The notes beneath the pieces are model-generated. The model worked only from the letters and a program-made list of their open reading frames with translations, did not search any database and was not told the origin of the DNA. DNA of 64,000 bases from Prorocentrum cordatum (taxonomy: Eukaryota): assembly GCA_963575745.1 (NCBI GenBank), contig CAUYUJ010000114.1:310001-374000 (forward strand). Reading direction: 5' to 3'. The first letter of the stretch is position 1; every line of letters begins with the position of its first letter. This document shows positions 46,278-60,552 of the stretch, piece by piece. The position numbers and the translations under genes were made by a program.

Positions 46278-49200
46278 ACCTAACAGCGAAGACTGATAGG
46301 TTTCTAGTTGACTCGAAAGAGCTCACAGATCACTCCACAGGGGGGTCCGGGCAGGTGTTGGGAGTTGCCGGGCGGCAGGTGCCGGGCTCGTTTTTCGCCA
46401 ACAGTCACACACTTCGTGCTCTTCGATTTCCCAGAACTCCATTCCCAGGCCACATTCTGGAGGGCCGAATGCAACAGTCACACACTTCGTGCTCTTCGAG
46501 TTCCCAGAACTCCATTCCCGGGCCACATTCTGGAGGGCCGGATGCAACAGTCACACACTTCGTGCTCTTCGAGTTCCCAGAACTCCATTCCCGGGCCACA
46601 TTCTGGAGGGCCGGATGCAACAGTCACACACTTCGTGCTCTTCGAGTTCCCAGAACTCCATTCCCGGGCCACATTTTGGATGCCCGGAGCCAACTGTAGG
46701 CCACTTCGTGGTCTTCGAGTTCCCAGAACTCCATTCCCGGGCCACATTTTGGATGCCCGGAGCCAACTGTAGGCCACTTCGTGCTCTTGGACTTCCCAGA
46801 ACTCCATTCCTGGGTATGATTTTGAATGCCCGGAGCAAACTGTAGGCCACTTCGTGTTCTTCGAGTTCCCAGAATTCCATTCCCTGGCCACATTTTGAAT
46901 GCTGAGGCAGGCTGATGCTGAGGCTGAGGCAGGCTGAGGCAGGCTGAGGCTGAGGCCGAAGCTGAAGGCAGACTCAGGCTGAGGCTGATGCAGGCTGAGG
47001 CTGAGGCTGAAGCAGGCTGAGGCTGATGCAGGCTGAGGCTGAGGCAGGCTGAGGCTGAGGCTGAGGCTGATGCAGGCTGAGGCTGAGGCAGGCTGAGACT
47101 GAAGCCGAGGCTGAAGGCAGATTGAGGCTGAGGCTGAAGCAGGCCGAGGCTGAGGCTGAGGCTGAGGCAGGCTGAGGCTGAGGCTGAGGCAGGCTGATGC
47201 TGAGGCAGGCTGAGGCTGAGGCTGAGGCTGATGCAGGCTGAGGCTGAGGCAGGCTGAGGCTGAGGCCGAGGCTGAAGGCAGACTGAGGCTGAGGCTGAAG
47301 CAGGCTGAGGCTGAGGCTGAGGCAGGCTGAGGCTGAGGCTGAGGCAGGCTGATGCTGAGGCTGAGGCTGAGGCTGAGGCTGAGGCTGATGCAGGCTGAGG
47401 CTGAGGCAGGCTGAGGCTGAGGCTGAGGCTGAGGCTGAGGCTGAAGGCAGGCTGAGGCTGAGGCTGAGGCAGGCTGAGGCTGAGGCTGAGGCAGGCTGAT
47501 GCTGAGGCTGAGGCTGAGGCTGAGGCTGATGCAGGCTGAGGCTGAGGCAGGCTGAGGCTGAGGCCGAGGCTGAAGGCAGACTGAGGCTGAGGCTGAAGCA
47601 GGCTGAGGCTGAGGCTGAGGCAGGCTGAGGCTGAGGCTGAGGCAGGCTGATGCTGAGGCAGGCTGAGGCTGAGGCTGAGGCTGATGCAGGCTGAGGCTGA
47701 GGCAGGCTGAGGCTGAGGCCGAGGCTGAAGGCAGACTGAGGCTGAGGCTGAAGCAGGCTGAGGCTGAGGCTGAGGCAGGCTGAGGCTGAGGCTGAGGCAG
47801 GCTGATGCTGAGGCAGGCTGAGGCTGAGGCTGAGGCTGATGCAGGCTGAGGCTGAGGCAGGCTGAGGCTGAGGCCGAGGCTGAAGGCAGACTGAGGCTGA
47901 GGCTGAAGCAGGCTGAGGCTGAGGCTGAGGCTGAGGCTGAGGCTGAGGCTGAGGCTGAGGCTGAGGCAGGCTGAGGCTGAGGCTGAGGCTGATGCAGGCT
48001 GAGGCTGAGGCAGGCTGAGGCTGAGGCCGAGGCTGAAGGCAGACTGAGGCTGAGGCTGAAGCAGGCTGAGGCTGAGGCTGCAGGCTGAGGCTGAGGCTGG
48101 CTGATGCTGAGGCAGGCTGAGGCTGAGGCTGAGGCTGATGCAGGCTGAGGCTGAGGCAGGCTGAGGCTGAGGCCGAGGCTGCAGGCAGACTGAGGCTGAT
48201 GCAGGAGCAGGCTGAGGCTGAGGCTGAGGCAGGCTGAGGCTGAGGCTGAGGCAGGCTGATGCTGAGGCAGGCTGAGGCTGAGGCTGAGGCTAATGCAGGC
48301 CACTGCGACTGTCATCGCGAATGCGACTACGACTGCGAGAACAGCAGAACTCTACAACTGGATTCTCATCTGAATCTTAAGGGGGATGCTTCCAGATATG
48401 CTCCTACACATCGCTGTTAGGTTGCTTTGCCGGGATAATTTCTATTTAGACATTATCGAAGACGCCTACGGCGAATCACCGCCGCCCCCCTGCCTTTTTG
48501 GAAGCGCCTGTGTAGCCGAAATTTGAGGCCAGACCTGCCAAACTGTCGGACCATGTGTTCCCCGAATCGGTTTGGAAAGCCTTCGGGGAGCACGTGGGCA
48601 TCTTGAAGGTCATCTTGGCCGTCTGGAGGCCATTTTGACCCTTCCGGGCCTTGGAGGACGTCTTGGAGGGCCGTCTTGGAGGCCATCTTGAGCGTTTTGG
48701 AGGCCTCTTGCGCCGTCTTGGTGGGGGCCTCTTGGGGCTGTCTTTGGCGATATTTGGGGCACTTGGGCCGTCTCGGGCCGTCGGAAGGCAGAAAAAAAGC
48801 AAATGCCACAATCCTTCAAACACTCCGGGGAAATCAATGATTTTGGCATTTTCGGGCCTTCCTGGAGGCACTCTTGGAGGCCTCTTGGGCCATCTTTATG
48901 TCATCTTCGGCCGTCTTGGTGGGCTCCTGGCACGTCTGACGCAGTCGGGAGCCGTCTTGGGGGCCTCTCTGGGCCGACTTGGGGCCCTCTTGGGGCGCTT
49001 CGGGGCCGTCTTAGAGGCTATCTTGGGCGTCTTGGAGGCCTCTTGGCCCGTCTTGGGGCCCTCTTGGGGCCGTCTTGGGGGCCTCTCGGGGCCATCTTGG
49101 AGGCCTCTTGGGCAATCTTGGGACGACCTTGGGGGCCTCTTGGGCAGTCGGAAAGCTGTCGGAAAGCCGAAATGGCGCAAATACCAAAATCCTTCAAACA

Positions 49201-49450
49201 TTCAAGGACAATCAAAGATTTTGGCCTCTTCGGGCCTTCCTGGAGGACCTCTTGAGGGCCTCTTGGGCCGTCTTGGAGGCCATCTTTGACCATCTCTAGG
49301 CCATCTTGGCCATCTTTCAAGACATCATGTCGGCCATCTTCGATCATCTTGGTCATCTTGCAGGCCATCTTGGGCCATCTCCGCGATTGTTTGAGGATGT
49401 CCCTAGCGACACGGCCGTTTGGGGGGCTTAGCAGTCACCTCTGGGCAAGC
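46278..49450 (+). repeat. Composite repeat module: 73-bp minisatellite (46401-46900), (GCTGAG)n (46901-48300), a conserved ~140-bp block, then a ~10-11-bp GGGCCTCTT satellite; second copy at ~54115-56100 and partial at ~49508-49800
   Basis: Both copies have the same block order. 48301-48440 aligns to 55361-55500. Confidence 0.85.
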
Positions 49451-52400
49451 GTCCCGGGACCCCGGCGGGACGCGCCAGAGCCCCAGGGGGAGTTCTTTTG
49501 GAAAATTACCTAACATCGAAGACTGGTAGGTTTCTAGTGGTGTCAAAAGAGAGCATCTGATGACTCCCCAGGGGGGTCTGGGCAGCCGTTGGGGAGCCGT
49601 TGGGGTTTTCCGGGGGGGATCGTTTTTTGCATACAGTCACACACTTCGTGCTCTTCGACCTCCCAGAACTCCATTCCCGGGCCACATTCTGAATGCCCGG
49701 AGCCAACTGTACGCCACTTCGTGCTCTTCGACTTCCCAGAACTCCATTCCCGGGCCACATTTTGGATGCCCGGAGCCAACTGTAGGCCACTTCGTGCTCT
49801 TCTATTGGTTTCGCCGGTGCTAAGAGTGAATTCAGCGTGGATTTGCGTCTTCGCTTTTCATTTGTATTTTTTCTGATATGCGCACGTCAATCGATCATGT
49901 GGCTCGGGCGTTCGTGTGAATGCCGCGTGGCCAGCGAATTTCGAATGTCTTCCGCGCCCTTGATTCTTCCTCATCGTATTCATTTATATTATTCCTCTTG
50001 CCTGCATTGTCTTTCTCTTAATTTCCCTCCCGCTGTCATCTTCTTTTGTCAGGGCCTGCGGCAGGGTCCAACAGGGCGCCGAGAAAGCTGCAAGTGAGCT
50101 CGAGGAGAGTCCAGCAGGTCCCGAGAAGGATTGCAAGCAGGCCCTAGGGTCCCACGACAGGCTTTGTAGGGGTCCAAAACAACTTGCAGACCTGTCTCCT
50201 CGCATATGTTCTGACGCGTTTCGGCCGTGGTCCGCGGGATTCTACTGTTCATCCGCCTTTTTGCCTTCATTTCCGACGCCTCGCGTATCTCCGCCAGCCA
50301 AGGCAAAATCAATCACCAGGCGAGTTGCCTCGATCAGCATGTGTAGCAGCATGCGGCGCCGCAGCGAACCGAATGTGTTTTCATTGGTTTTGTGCGGGAG
50401 GAGGAAGAGGAGGTGGAGGAAGCGAAGGAACAAAGATGGTGGCGAAGGACCAGTAGTAACGAAAGAAAAGGAACAGCAAAAGGATGGACGCGTGCTGGAG
50501 GAAACAGCAACATGCTAGAGCATGAGAAGGTCGGAAGGATGATGAGGGACCTGAGGGGGGGAGGAGGGTTACGAGGGGCCAGGGGAAGGTAGCAACCGCA
50601 TTGGTGATCCGCGCAGAACACCAGCGCGCCGCATCCTTAAGCGAGGATGCAGGAATGTGCCAGATGGGGACGCGGGAGGAGCGTGGGGGAGGTAGGAGGA
50701 CATGGGGGTAAGAACACTCAGGGCGAAGCAGTTCCAGAGACGGTGCCCAGGCAAATTGTGTTGACCAGAAACGCGTGTCAGCATGGTGCTCAACCAAGAC
50801 GGCGACGCTGTTTACGTTAGAAACGCGAGGGCGGCGCAGGAGGAATCGGAGGATTAACAGCAGCGGGGAAGGAGGACAAGGAGGAGGATGACGAGTAAAC
50901 GGAGGAGGGGCGGGATGAGGACGAGGAGTAGGAAAAGGAATGATGGGGGAGAAAAGTCACGACGACGGCCAGAATCAATCATGGAGGATTTTGTTTGTTT
51001 TTCGCACACGGCTCTTGTTAGAAGCCCCATTGGGGTGATTTGTGGGCCATTGTGGAGCTAATTTGGAGCCATTTTGGGAGAGCCGACGGGGTCCTCTTGA
51101 GGCTGTTTCGGGCCTCCTTGGGATCCTCTTCGGGGTCTCGTGGGCCCGTCTTGGAGGCCTCGGGGGCCCTCTCGGGGCCATCTCGGAAACGCCGTCAGTC
51201 AAAGAGTACGGGGGGAGGGTCCTTGCAGCGTCCCCTCTCCGGAGCCGCCCACGTCGCCTCTTGGCGCTCTCTTGGGGCGTTCTTCGGCTGCTCTTGAGCG
51301 CTCTCGGCGCCGTCTTGGGGCCTGTCGGGTTCTTCTGGAGGGCCATCTCAGGCCAGCGTGGCCATCTTGAGGCCTCAAGGGCCCATGGAAAACGAAAAGG
51401 CGACGAGACATAACACATAGCACGCAATGGTTTTCACTTTTTTGTCTTGGAGGCCTCCTTGGAGAGCTCGAAGGGCACGCGGGGCCGTCTTGAAGCGGTC
51501 TTGACGATTCTAGAGGCATGTTGGAGGTTATTCGGAATCGTCCTGGGATGCATTGAGCGATATTGGGGGCGTATCGGGGCTCCTTGCAGCCATCTCGGAT
51601 ACATTTTGGGCCGTATTGGGCGCTCCAACGACCCGCGGCTACCTTCCCGCGCACGAAGGACTGGGCGGGGAAATGGGGAACCGTGTCCATGAAGGGGAAG
51701 AGTGGGCTTGGATGAATTACTTCGTCACGCCGCTCACGCTTAAAGGGGTGCTGGGATTCCTGTCTCCCTCCGGCCCTCTCCTGCGGCGTGCCCCCCCACT
51801 CCCTGTGACTTCTCCCCCCCCCCCCCGCCCTCCTTCCAGGCTCCGCGCGCGGCCTAGTGAAAACTTCGGGGAGAAAAACAAAAACTCGTTTTGAATACCT
51901 CTCCGAATTCTTGGTGGATTTTTCCTTGGGCGCGCGCATCGAAAAAACACGCGCGGAAAAATCCGGAGGACGCCCGGAAAAATTCACGCGGTTTCCGGGG
52001 CAAATTCACATTTGGATTTGGAAAAATCCGGGCAGAATTCATTCGAGAATCCGGGATAGTATTCCCAGGCGGCCGTGGAAAAATCCCACCAGCCATGCAG
52101 AGCGTGGGTGGTGGTTTAACGGGCTAGCTTATCCGCGCGTTTCTCCCTGGCAGGGACGGGGGCCCCGCCCCTGCCCGCTCGTCCCCGGGCGCGGGCAGCG
52201 AGTGACCGCGGGGCGGTGGAGCGCCCGAAATGGCCGAAGATGGCTCCAAAGGAACCGCAGGCAACCCAAGAAGGATTCGGAGATCGCTCCATGTACTTGC
52301 AGATGGTACAATTTTGCTTCCAATGTGCCTCCAAGCCCCCTCAAGACCGCTTCGTGACAGCCCACAATTGTCTTTCGAGCTCTTGAAGGAGGCCTCCAAC

Positions 52401-55400
52401 AGGTTCAATTCCTTTACAATCACTGTGCGCTTCAATTTTTCCCTTCTCGCCTTTTTGCTTTCCGTAGTTTCTAGAGGCCTCGAGATGGCTGCGAGTTGGT
52501 TTGAACTTGCTTTGAGAGGGGGCCATCAGGGCCCAAGTCGGCTCCAAGAGCACCAGAGAGCGGCCCAAAACGCTTCAAGGGCGTCGCAAGAGGGCCGCAT
52601 TCGGCGACTGGGGGGCTCGAGAAGGAATGGGGCGTTGCTAGGGCCCCACTTCTTTGACCGACGGCTTCAAGATGGCCCCAGGAGGACCCCCGAGGCTTCC
52701 AAGAGGGGCCCAGGAGATCCCCGAAACGACCCGAAGAGGGCCCCAAGGGGCTCCAAGACAGCCGCCAAAGGCAGCCATAATTGCACTAAGAGAGCGCCGC
52801 GGCGGCACCGATATGACGACGTTGATGGGGCGTCCCGCAGGCACCTAAAGCGAACGACTCGAGATCCTCGATGATTGATGCCCGTCGTCGTCAGCGTGTT
52901 TTTTCCTTTCTATCCTTTATATTTCCCTTCCTTGTCCTCCCCCTCCTCCTCGTCCCTCTTCTGTGACCTCCTCCTTTTTCTGCTCCTTCCCCGTTCCTGT
53001 GCATCTTCCGATTAATTACTCCTGCGCCTTTTTCTTTTCCTTAATGTAACGGTTGTCCTCGTTTTTTCTTGCGTTGCATGTTGCTTCACTTCGCTTTCAT
53101 GCTTAGCGCAACTTGCTTGGGGTTCGAGTTTGCAGATGCTTTCTTCTGCATGTTCTTGCCCCTCCTATTTCCTCATATTTCCTCCTGCTCCTTGATCTTC
53201 CCACCTCTTCCTACACCCTCGCTGGTGAGGGCGCGCGCTTCACGCGCGTTCCGCGCGGATCATTGGTGCGCCTTTTGCCTCCCTCAGGCTTCTTGCGCTT
53301 CTTCCTACCTCCCCCGAGCTCCTTTTCCGTGTTCCTACCTGCTCATGCTCTTGCACGTTTCCAGTCTTTCCTATCACCACACTCCCTCGCTTCACCGTGT
53401 TCATTATGATTTTCATTTTCCGCCCTCCTCTCCTTTGCTCCGCTTCCTGCACCTCATTATCCGCGAATACGGATGCGGCTCGCTATTTTCGCCGCTTGCC
53501 CGATTACCCGGCCTTGATCAGGGCGACTCGCCTTGTGGTTGTTCATGGATTGGCTCGCGAGGATTTGAGCAACGCGTCAATGACTTCACCGGGCGTCTAG
53601 GTGTTATTGTTGGCGTCTGGGCGTCGCCGTCGGGGTTCACCGCGGGCCAGTATGATTAACAATTGCAAGCGGCGCGTTGGCAGACATTCGCCTTCCTGGA
53701 GACATCTGTCTGGTTTCGCAGTGACCTTCTTTCGCACTGCTCTTGTTTTTTTTTGCCTCCAGTTTGCGGTTGTATGTTTGTAGCCCCTGGCTGAGCTCCA
53801 TCAGACGGCTATAATTCCGCTGCCGTCGCTCGATGCATGACCGTCCCCGCCGCAGTGCTCGTGAACTTTCCGGTGGGCTGATCATTTGTGGTTTTGTCTG
53901 CAGTTGGACTGCGGGCGGAACGCAGGCGCCGCTTACGCGGCATTCCATTGTTCGTTTTCCTCTGAGGGCATCCGCGGTGGATTTTGCGCGCGTTTGTTTT
54001 TTTGTTGAGCAGATCAGTTCAATAGGATCTGTCGTTGTTCGGCACGACACCACTAACATGAAATTTGAAAAGGAAAATATATCCACGCGTCCCTTCATAG
54101 CCCTTGGCGAAGCCAACTTCTATTTCCCAGAACTCCATTCCCGGGCCACATTTTGGATGCCCGGAGCCAACTGCAGGCCACTTCGTGCTCTTCGAGTTCC
54201 CAGAACTCCATTCCCGGGCCACATTTTGAATGCCCCGAGCCAACTGTAGGCCACTTCGTGATCTTCGAGTTCCCAGAATTCCATTCCTGGGCATGATTTT
54301 GAATGCCCGGAGCCAACTGTAGGCCACTTCGTGTTCTTCGAGTTCCCAGAATCTCCATTCCCGGGCCACATTTTGAATGTGACGCAGGCTGAGGCCGAGG
54401 CAGGCTGAGGCTGAGGCTGAGGCAGGCTGAGGCTGAGGCAGGCTGAGGCTGAGGCTGAGGCAGGCTGAGGCTGAGGCTGAGTCCCAGGCAGGCTGAGGCT
54501 GAGGCCGAGGCAAGCCGAGGCAGGCTGAGGCTGATGCTGAGGCAGGCTGAGGCTGAGACAGGCTGAGGCTGAGGCTGAGGCAGGCTTAGGCTGAGGCAGG
54601 ATGAGGCTGAGGCCGAGGTGAAGCAGGAGGAGGCTGAGGCAGAGCAGTGAGGTGAGGCTGAGGCAGGATGAGGCTTGAGGCTGACGGCAGGCTGAAGCTG
54701 AGGGCTTGAGGCTTGAGGGCTGAGGCTGTGAGGCTGAGGCTTGAGGCAGGCTGAGGCTGAGGCCGAAGGTGAAGGCGACTGAGGCTGAGGCTGAAGCAGG
54801 CTGAGGCTGACGCAGAGGCAGGCTGAGGCTGGGCTGAGGCAGGCTGATTGTGAGGCTGGCTGATGCTGCAGCCAGGTGAGGCTGAGGCTGAGGCTGATGC
54901 AGGCTGATGCTATGAGGCAGGTCTGAGGCGGAGGCCGAGGCTGAAGGCAGACTGAGGTGAGGCGAAGCAGGTGAGCTGAGGCCAAGGAGCTTGAGGCTGA
55001 GGCTGAGGTGTATGCAGTCTGAGTGGGGCAGGTGAGGTGAGGCCTGAGAGGACGGCAGATGAATGGCTGAGGCCGAGGCTGAAGGCAGACTGAGGCTGAG
55101 GCTGAAGCAGGCTGAGGCTGAGGCTGAGGCAGGCTGAGGCTGAGGCTGAGGCAGGCTGATGGTGAGGCAGGCTGAGGCTGAGGCTGAGGCTGATGCAGGC
55201 TGAGGCTAAGGCAGCCTGAGGCTGACGCCGAGGCTGAAGGCAGACTTAAGCTGAGGCTGAAGCAGGCTGAGGCTGAGGCTGAGGCAGGCTGAGGCTGAGG
55301 CAGGCGAAGGCTGAGGCTGAGGCAGGCTGAGGCTGAGGCTGTGACTGCGACTGCCGTTGCCACTGCGACTGTCATCGCGAATGCGACTACGACTGCGAGA

Positions 55401-57642
55401 ACAGCAGAATTCGACAACTGGATTCTCATCCGAATCTTAAGGGGAATGCTTCCAGATATGCTCCTACACATCGATGTCAGGTTGCTTTGCAGGGATAATG
55501 AATCAAAACCAGAACCGAGAGGATTCAGCACGCCAGGCACCCCTGTGATAAATCAACAGGGGGCGGCGGATCGAATGGCCTTCGGGCCATCCCGCCACCG
55601 TGCCTGGGTTGTGGGTACGAAGACTATTGGATGTTCGTTGGGATCTCGTGTGAGGCCTCTCGGGTGCCTCTCGGAGGCAGTATGGACGCCTCCTGGGGGC
55701 CGTTTCGGGTCATCTTGGGGCGTCAGTTGGGCCTCTTGGGGGGCTGTTGGGGCCTCTTTGGGGCCTCTTGGGGGCCTCTTGGGGCCTCCGCCTCTTGGGG
55801 CCGCTTTGGGCCCCTCTTGGAGGCCTTTTGGGCCGTCTTGGGGCGGTCTTGGGGGCCTCTAGGGCCGTCTGGGAGCGCCGGGAAGCCCTCTTGGGAGGCC
55901 TCTTGGGAGGCCTCTGTGAGCGTTTTGGAGGCCTCCTGGGCCGTCTGGGGGCCATCTTGAGTCTTGAGCGTCTTGGAGCGATCGTTCGGCGACTCGGGGC
56001 CCTCTTGGGCTGTGTTTTGGGGGCCTCTTGGGGCCCTCCTGAGCCCGTCTTGGGGCCCTCCTGGACCCGAGCAAGTCATGCGACACCACTTCCTGGCACG
56101 CGACAGGCCCCAGAGGGCACGCGCCAAGCCTCGGGGGATCTGTGAACGTTGCGCCCGGGCCCCCGAGGGAGACTCTGCAGGAGCGAGGGCTGAGGCTCAG
56201 AGGAGTTGGCCCGGGACCTGAGGACACGCCCACTCCGAGCCCAGCGGCATGGTGGCGGATTGATGAGGAAAGGGGTGGAGGAGGAGGCGGAGGAGGAGGA
56301 GGAGGAGGAGGAGGTGGAGGAGGAGGAGGGGGAGGAGGAGGAGGAGGAGGAGAAGGCCATCGCACGGCTTCGGAGTGGGTTCAACCTCGCTAGGGCGACT
56401 CGACTGCTCGGAGCTCAGCTTGCTACCTGACCTATGGGAATCGGAGTCTTGAAGACTACAGGGCTGGTCTTTGGAGCCCTGGGGTGTCTCCCCTCCTGGA
56501 GGCGCTCGTATGCACCCTCGAAAACGTAGACATGAACTTCCTTGGGCAAGTCGCTTGGAAGCCCTTGACAGTACATTCTGAATCCTTGCCACGGCCAGAG
56601 CATTCAGCAATGGAACTCTCTTCTGCAATTCTGCCAAGCACTCGAAGCTGGTCACCTTTGGCCTGCTGCGCTAATTAGCTTTGCCGGGGCGGCAGCATCC
56701 CCTGGGCAGCACTCCTTGGAACGGCCCTTCTTGGTCTTACCATTGAGGCACCGCGAGTGGCAGAGACGACAGAGCCGACGGGTTGTCTGCTCGGGCCACA
56801 TGCCCGACACGCGAGCGCGCGACTGTAGGGGGACGGGGCGGGGGGAGGACCGCAGCACTCCCAGGGCCCGAGCACGAGCCCCCAGAGGTGGCTCCGCCTT
56901 GCCACACCACCGCGCTCGAACGGGCTCCGACTGCTACAGTCGGGGCGCTGAAGAAGGAACCCTTTTCATTGGGGAGGGGCTCCGTGTTCCTTAATTGTTT
57001 CGCAGCTTGCCTTAGGTTTTCCTTTGGTTTTCGATACGAGATCGAAGTTGAACTTCTGGAAAAAAGGGGCCTCGTTCCTTATTTAGGGTTCCTTAGATCA
57101 ACGCCCCGACTGTAAATGGCAAGCTTTCCTTGGGGCCTCGAGCCCCCTACCTCGAACCCTGGGGACGAATGGCCGGCCACAGGGCGAGAGCCCCGGGCAC
57201 ATCGCGCGAGGTAACGTTTCCAGTCGCCTGTCGAGAGCCGGGCAGCCTGCTCCGCCTGTGAGGGCTGGGGTAATCTGGGGGCTGCCAGCTCGGCGATTCG
57301 ACATGCGTGCATCGTTGCCAGGTGCGTGTCGCCACTGGTCTGAAAGTCGGCCCAGGGCCTCAAAAGATCCTGAGGAGCTTGCGTGCACCTCGAGAACCTC
57401 GAGCCCTCCATCACGGCGGGCTTCACCGAGTTTGGCCACTGAGCCCAACCCGTCCAAACAAACAGTATTCCTACTGGCTGGCTTGCCAGAGTTATGGCAC
57501 TCCACAATTCCTTGTAAATTCCGAGTTGATTCTGGTCATACACTTGAATTTGATGGACCTGTTTTCCACCACCACCATAAGGTGGAGGGGGAGGGGGTCT
57601 TCCTCCTCCTCCACCTCCACCTCCTCCTCCTCCTCCTCCTCC

Positions 57643-57673
<31 letters not shown>

Positions 57674-58288
57674 TATCTTCGTCGTACTCCTCCTCCTCCT
57701 CCTCCTCCTTCCCCCCTCCAACTTATGGTGGTGGTGGTTGTGGAAAACAGGCCCATGTGAGTTTGCTACTAGCGAGGAGGAGCAGGATGAGGAGGAGGAG
57801 GAGGAGGAGGATTAGGAGGAAAGGATGGAGGATGAGGCAGGAGAGGAGGAGGAAGCAGGAGAAAGAGGAGGGAGGGCACAGGAATCGTGAGGAGGACCGA
57901 AATGACTGAGGTGGACGGAGGACGAAAGGAGGAGGAGGAGTAGGAGGAGAGGAGTCGGAGAGGAGGAGGAGGAGGAGGCCTGATGGGGAGGAGAAGGAGG
58001 AGGAGTCGGGGAAGAGGGGAAAACGAGGAGGAGGAGGAGGAGGAGGAGCCGTAGCAGATCGCCACAAGAATGCGTCAGGCCCGCTCAATGTCGAAAAAGG
58101 AGCCGCAGCACCATGACGAGGAGGACAGGCGATCAGGACAGGGAGGACGACGACGACCAGGAAGAGGAGGAGGACGAGGCGGAGGAGGATGAGGAGAAGG
58201 AGGAGGAGGAGGAGGAGGAGGACGAGGAGGACGAGGAGGACGAGAAGGCGGTGAAGGAGGCAGAGGATGAGGAGGGTGTTGGCCGCAG

Positions 58289-58356
58289 GTGCTCCGCAAG
58301 CGCGGCGTGGACCTGGAGCACAACCGCTTCCTCATCCTGCAGGGCGAGGTCGAGCA
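58289..58356 (+). CDS. SMC4: SMC4 exon F (Q-loop); the gene presumably continues beyond the window
   Basis: cag|GTG acceptor. VLRKRGVDLEHNRFLILQGEVEQ. Probable CA|GA donor. Confidence 0.9.
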
Positions 58357-58426
58357 GAGCCCGCCCCAGCAGCCTCCAGATCCCCGTATTCTTCGGGCGG
58401 CGGAGGAAGAGGGGAGCTCTGGGACT

Positions 58427-58640
58427 CCCAGATGGGGTCCGAATAGATGGAGTCGGAAGATCGCGCCGCATCGCCGATGCATCGGCGATGCGGCTCGATG
58501 TGGAGCCCGATTTTCTCACGCCGACGGCGCGTATGTATCGTCGGCGTCGCCGATGCATCGCCCATGCATCAGCGATGCACGGCGATGTATCGGCTATGCT
58601 GCTCGATCTTCCGACCCCGTTCACTCGGATCCCATCCTGG
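58427..58640. mobile_element. MITE with CATCGCCGATGCATCGGCGATG palindromic core; related pieces at ~26130-26195, 40255-40355, 62720-62745
   Basis: GATGGGGTCCGA..GTCGGAAGATCG pairs with CGATCTTCCGAC..TCGGATCCCATC. Confidence 0.7.
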
Positions 58641-60552
58641 AAGCCTCCAGGAGTGGGAGGGGGGAGGGGGAGAAGGAAGAATAAGGCTAAGAATGCACGC
58701 GGGGATCTTTTTGCCGCACGGGCCTTGAGACCGGGGCGCCCTGAAAGTTTTTCGCGCTGGGCGTTTCCGCCCGGCTTCGAGCTCTGGAGCCCTCATATGT
58801 CGATAAAGCTCAGCCGCGGAAGGTGGTGTTTTGCTGTGATGTTCCACCATCTTTCTTTTCGGGATGTCGGGTCTACGGGAAGAAGTGGCGGCAAGTTGCT
58901 TGGATGCTTGGACCCCACGCAGCACGACGGAGACAACGGAAACCGGCCCCGAATCGACGGAGACACGCCACGCACGCAAACCAAGCAGTCTGCTCATTTC
59001 GGTGGACTGACGGTCTCGATCTCCGCGGGTTTCTGTGATTTCGACCTCCAGAGCCCGTTTCCGGGCCGGGAGGCGGCGCCAAGATGTGCTGAAGTACCCC
59101 GATGGAAGGGTCCATGACCATTGAGCCTGCGGACTGAAACAAGCACGGATGTTTGGGTCTGTGCATGGAGATAAGGACGGCAAGCTTGTCTTCGCCACCT
59201 TCGGCCTCTGGACTCTGGAAGCCGTTCCGGGGCCGCCAAGAGATTGCTCGGGATGAGACGGCGGCCCCGGGGAAGGTCGAGGAGGTACAAGAGAGGGGTG
59301 AGGGCGCTAGGGGGGTGGCGATAGCATGGCCGGGGCCATATGCCCCGCCCCTCTTCCTGGAGCTCGCTTGCTGGCCCCACCCTCGTCGGCGCGTACGCCT
59401 CGGGCCACGATGCACTGATCCCCCGCTTCCTGGCCCCCCCCCCTTTGGCGCACGCGACCAGTGCATCCTCCGAGCCCGCCCGCTCCCGGGGGTTCTCCGA
59501 GCTGCCTCGCGCCGAGCCCGTCTCCGTCCCTGGCTCCCGGCCTCGTCTCACGCGGGCCTCGCCGCAGGCCCCAGGGTGTGTCCCCGAACTGGGCCACGTT
59601 ATCTGGCCAGTCGGACAGCTTACCGAGTCGGAAGTCCCAGCAGTCAGAAGCTTCGGAGGTCGGAAGTCCCCACTGTGTATCCTCGAGTTGGCCCAAGCTG
59701 TTTGGCAAGTCTGGTCGCCATACCTCTTATTACGTTAGGTAGTTCTGTGCCGTGTTGACGCGGCGACGACCTTGGCGCGGGCGTTCACGGCTAAACGCCC
59801 CTAGTGTCCCAGAAAAGGCCGACATCGAGCAGGCGCGAGCGCTCAAGGTTGGACTATCCACATGGCGTCAGAGACCATCGCCCAGGTCGTCACCACACGC
59901 TCTGGTTGCATCTTCGACGTGATCTCGTTTTAAGTAAACCAGGGCCAACCACCCTCACACTAACCTCTACCTTGGATCATCGACTGAGGATCGACGATGA
60001 AGGGCCGCCTCCAGGCAGTCAAGATGAGAGGATCGATGATCGATCTAGGATCGATGCTGGTAGCTGGCAGCCAGATGGATCGAGCATCCAGGCTTCGTCT
60101 TGCGTGGGTCGGAGGATGGCTGGCAGAGACGTCGGCTGCTCCCGTCCGGCCGTGTATGTGTGTGTGTGTGTTTTTTTCCGTGTGTGTTTTTTGTATGTTT
60201 TTTTTGTGTGTGTGTGTTGGTTGTTTCCCACATCCGGTCAAAATTGGTTCCCAGACCCCTCCCGGGATCCATCTGGGTTATCCGGAGACGAGTGCCGCCG
60301 CGGCGACGAGACGCCTCCATGTGGCCCAGGAAAGAAGGGAACCAACAGGGAGCGCCGGCGAGTGGCCCCAGGCGGTCGAGGTGAGAGGATCGATGATCGA
60401 TCGAGGATCGATGCTCGTAGCCGGGGCCAGGATTGATCTCGAGGATCGAGGCCTTGCTACGCGTAAGGGTGAGCCTTCGCCGGAGTGACCCTTGGTGCGT
60501 GTTTTCGGGGGGCGCGGGTGGGGGGCAAACCGAAGAGCGCAAACCGCTGCTA

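Noticed and set aside
46401..46900. Possible CRISPR array in the 73-bp repeats or the 23-bp palindromes
   Set aside because: The 73-bp units are fully repeated with no unique spacers, the palindrome spacing is irregular, there are no cas genes, and the context is eukaryotic.
46624..48315. 563-aa ORF (SASASACLSLSL) and the similar 54095-55540 ORF
   Set aside because: These are translations of the (GCTGAG)n satellite with no protein-like content.
56400..57550. Possible decayed non-LTR RT fragments (also ~45300-46000)
   Set aside because: Non-repetitive sequence with many stops and no diagnostic RT motif visible.
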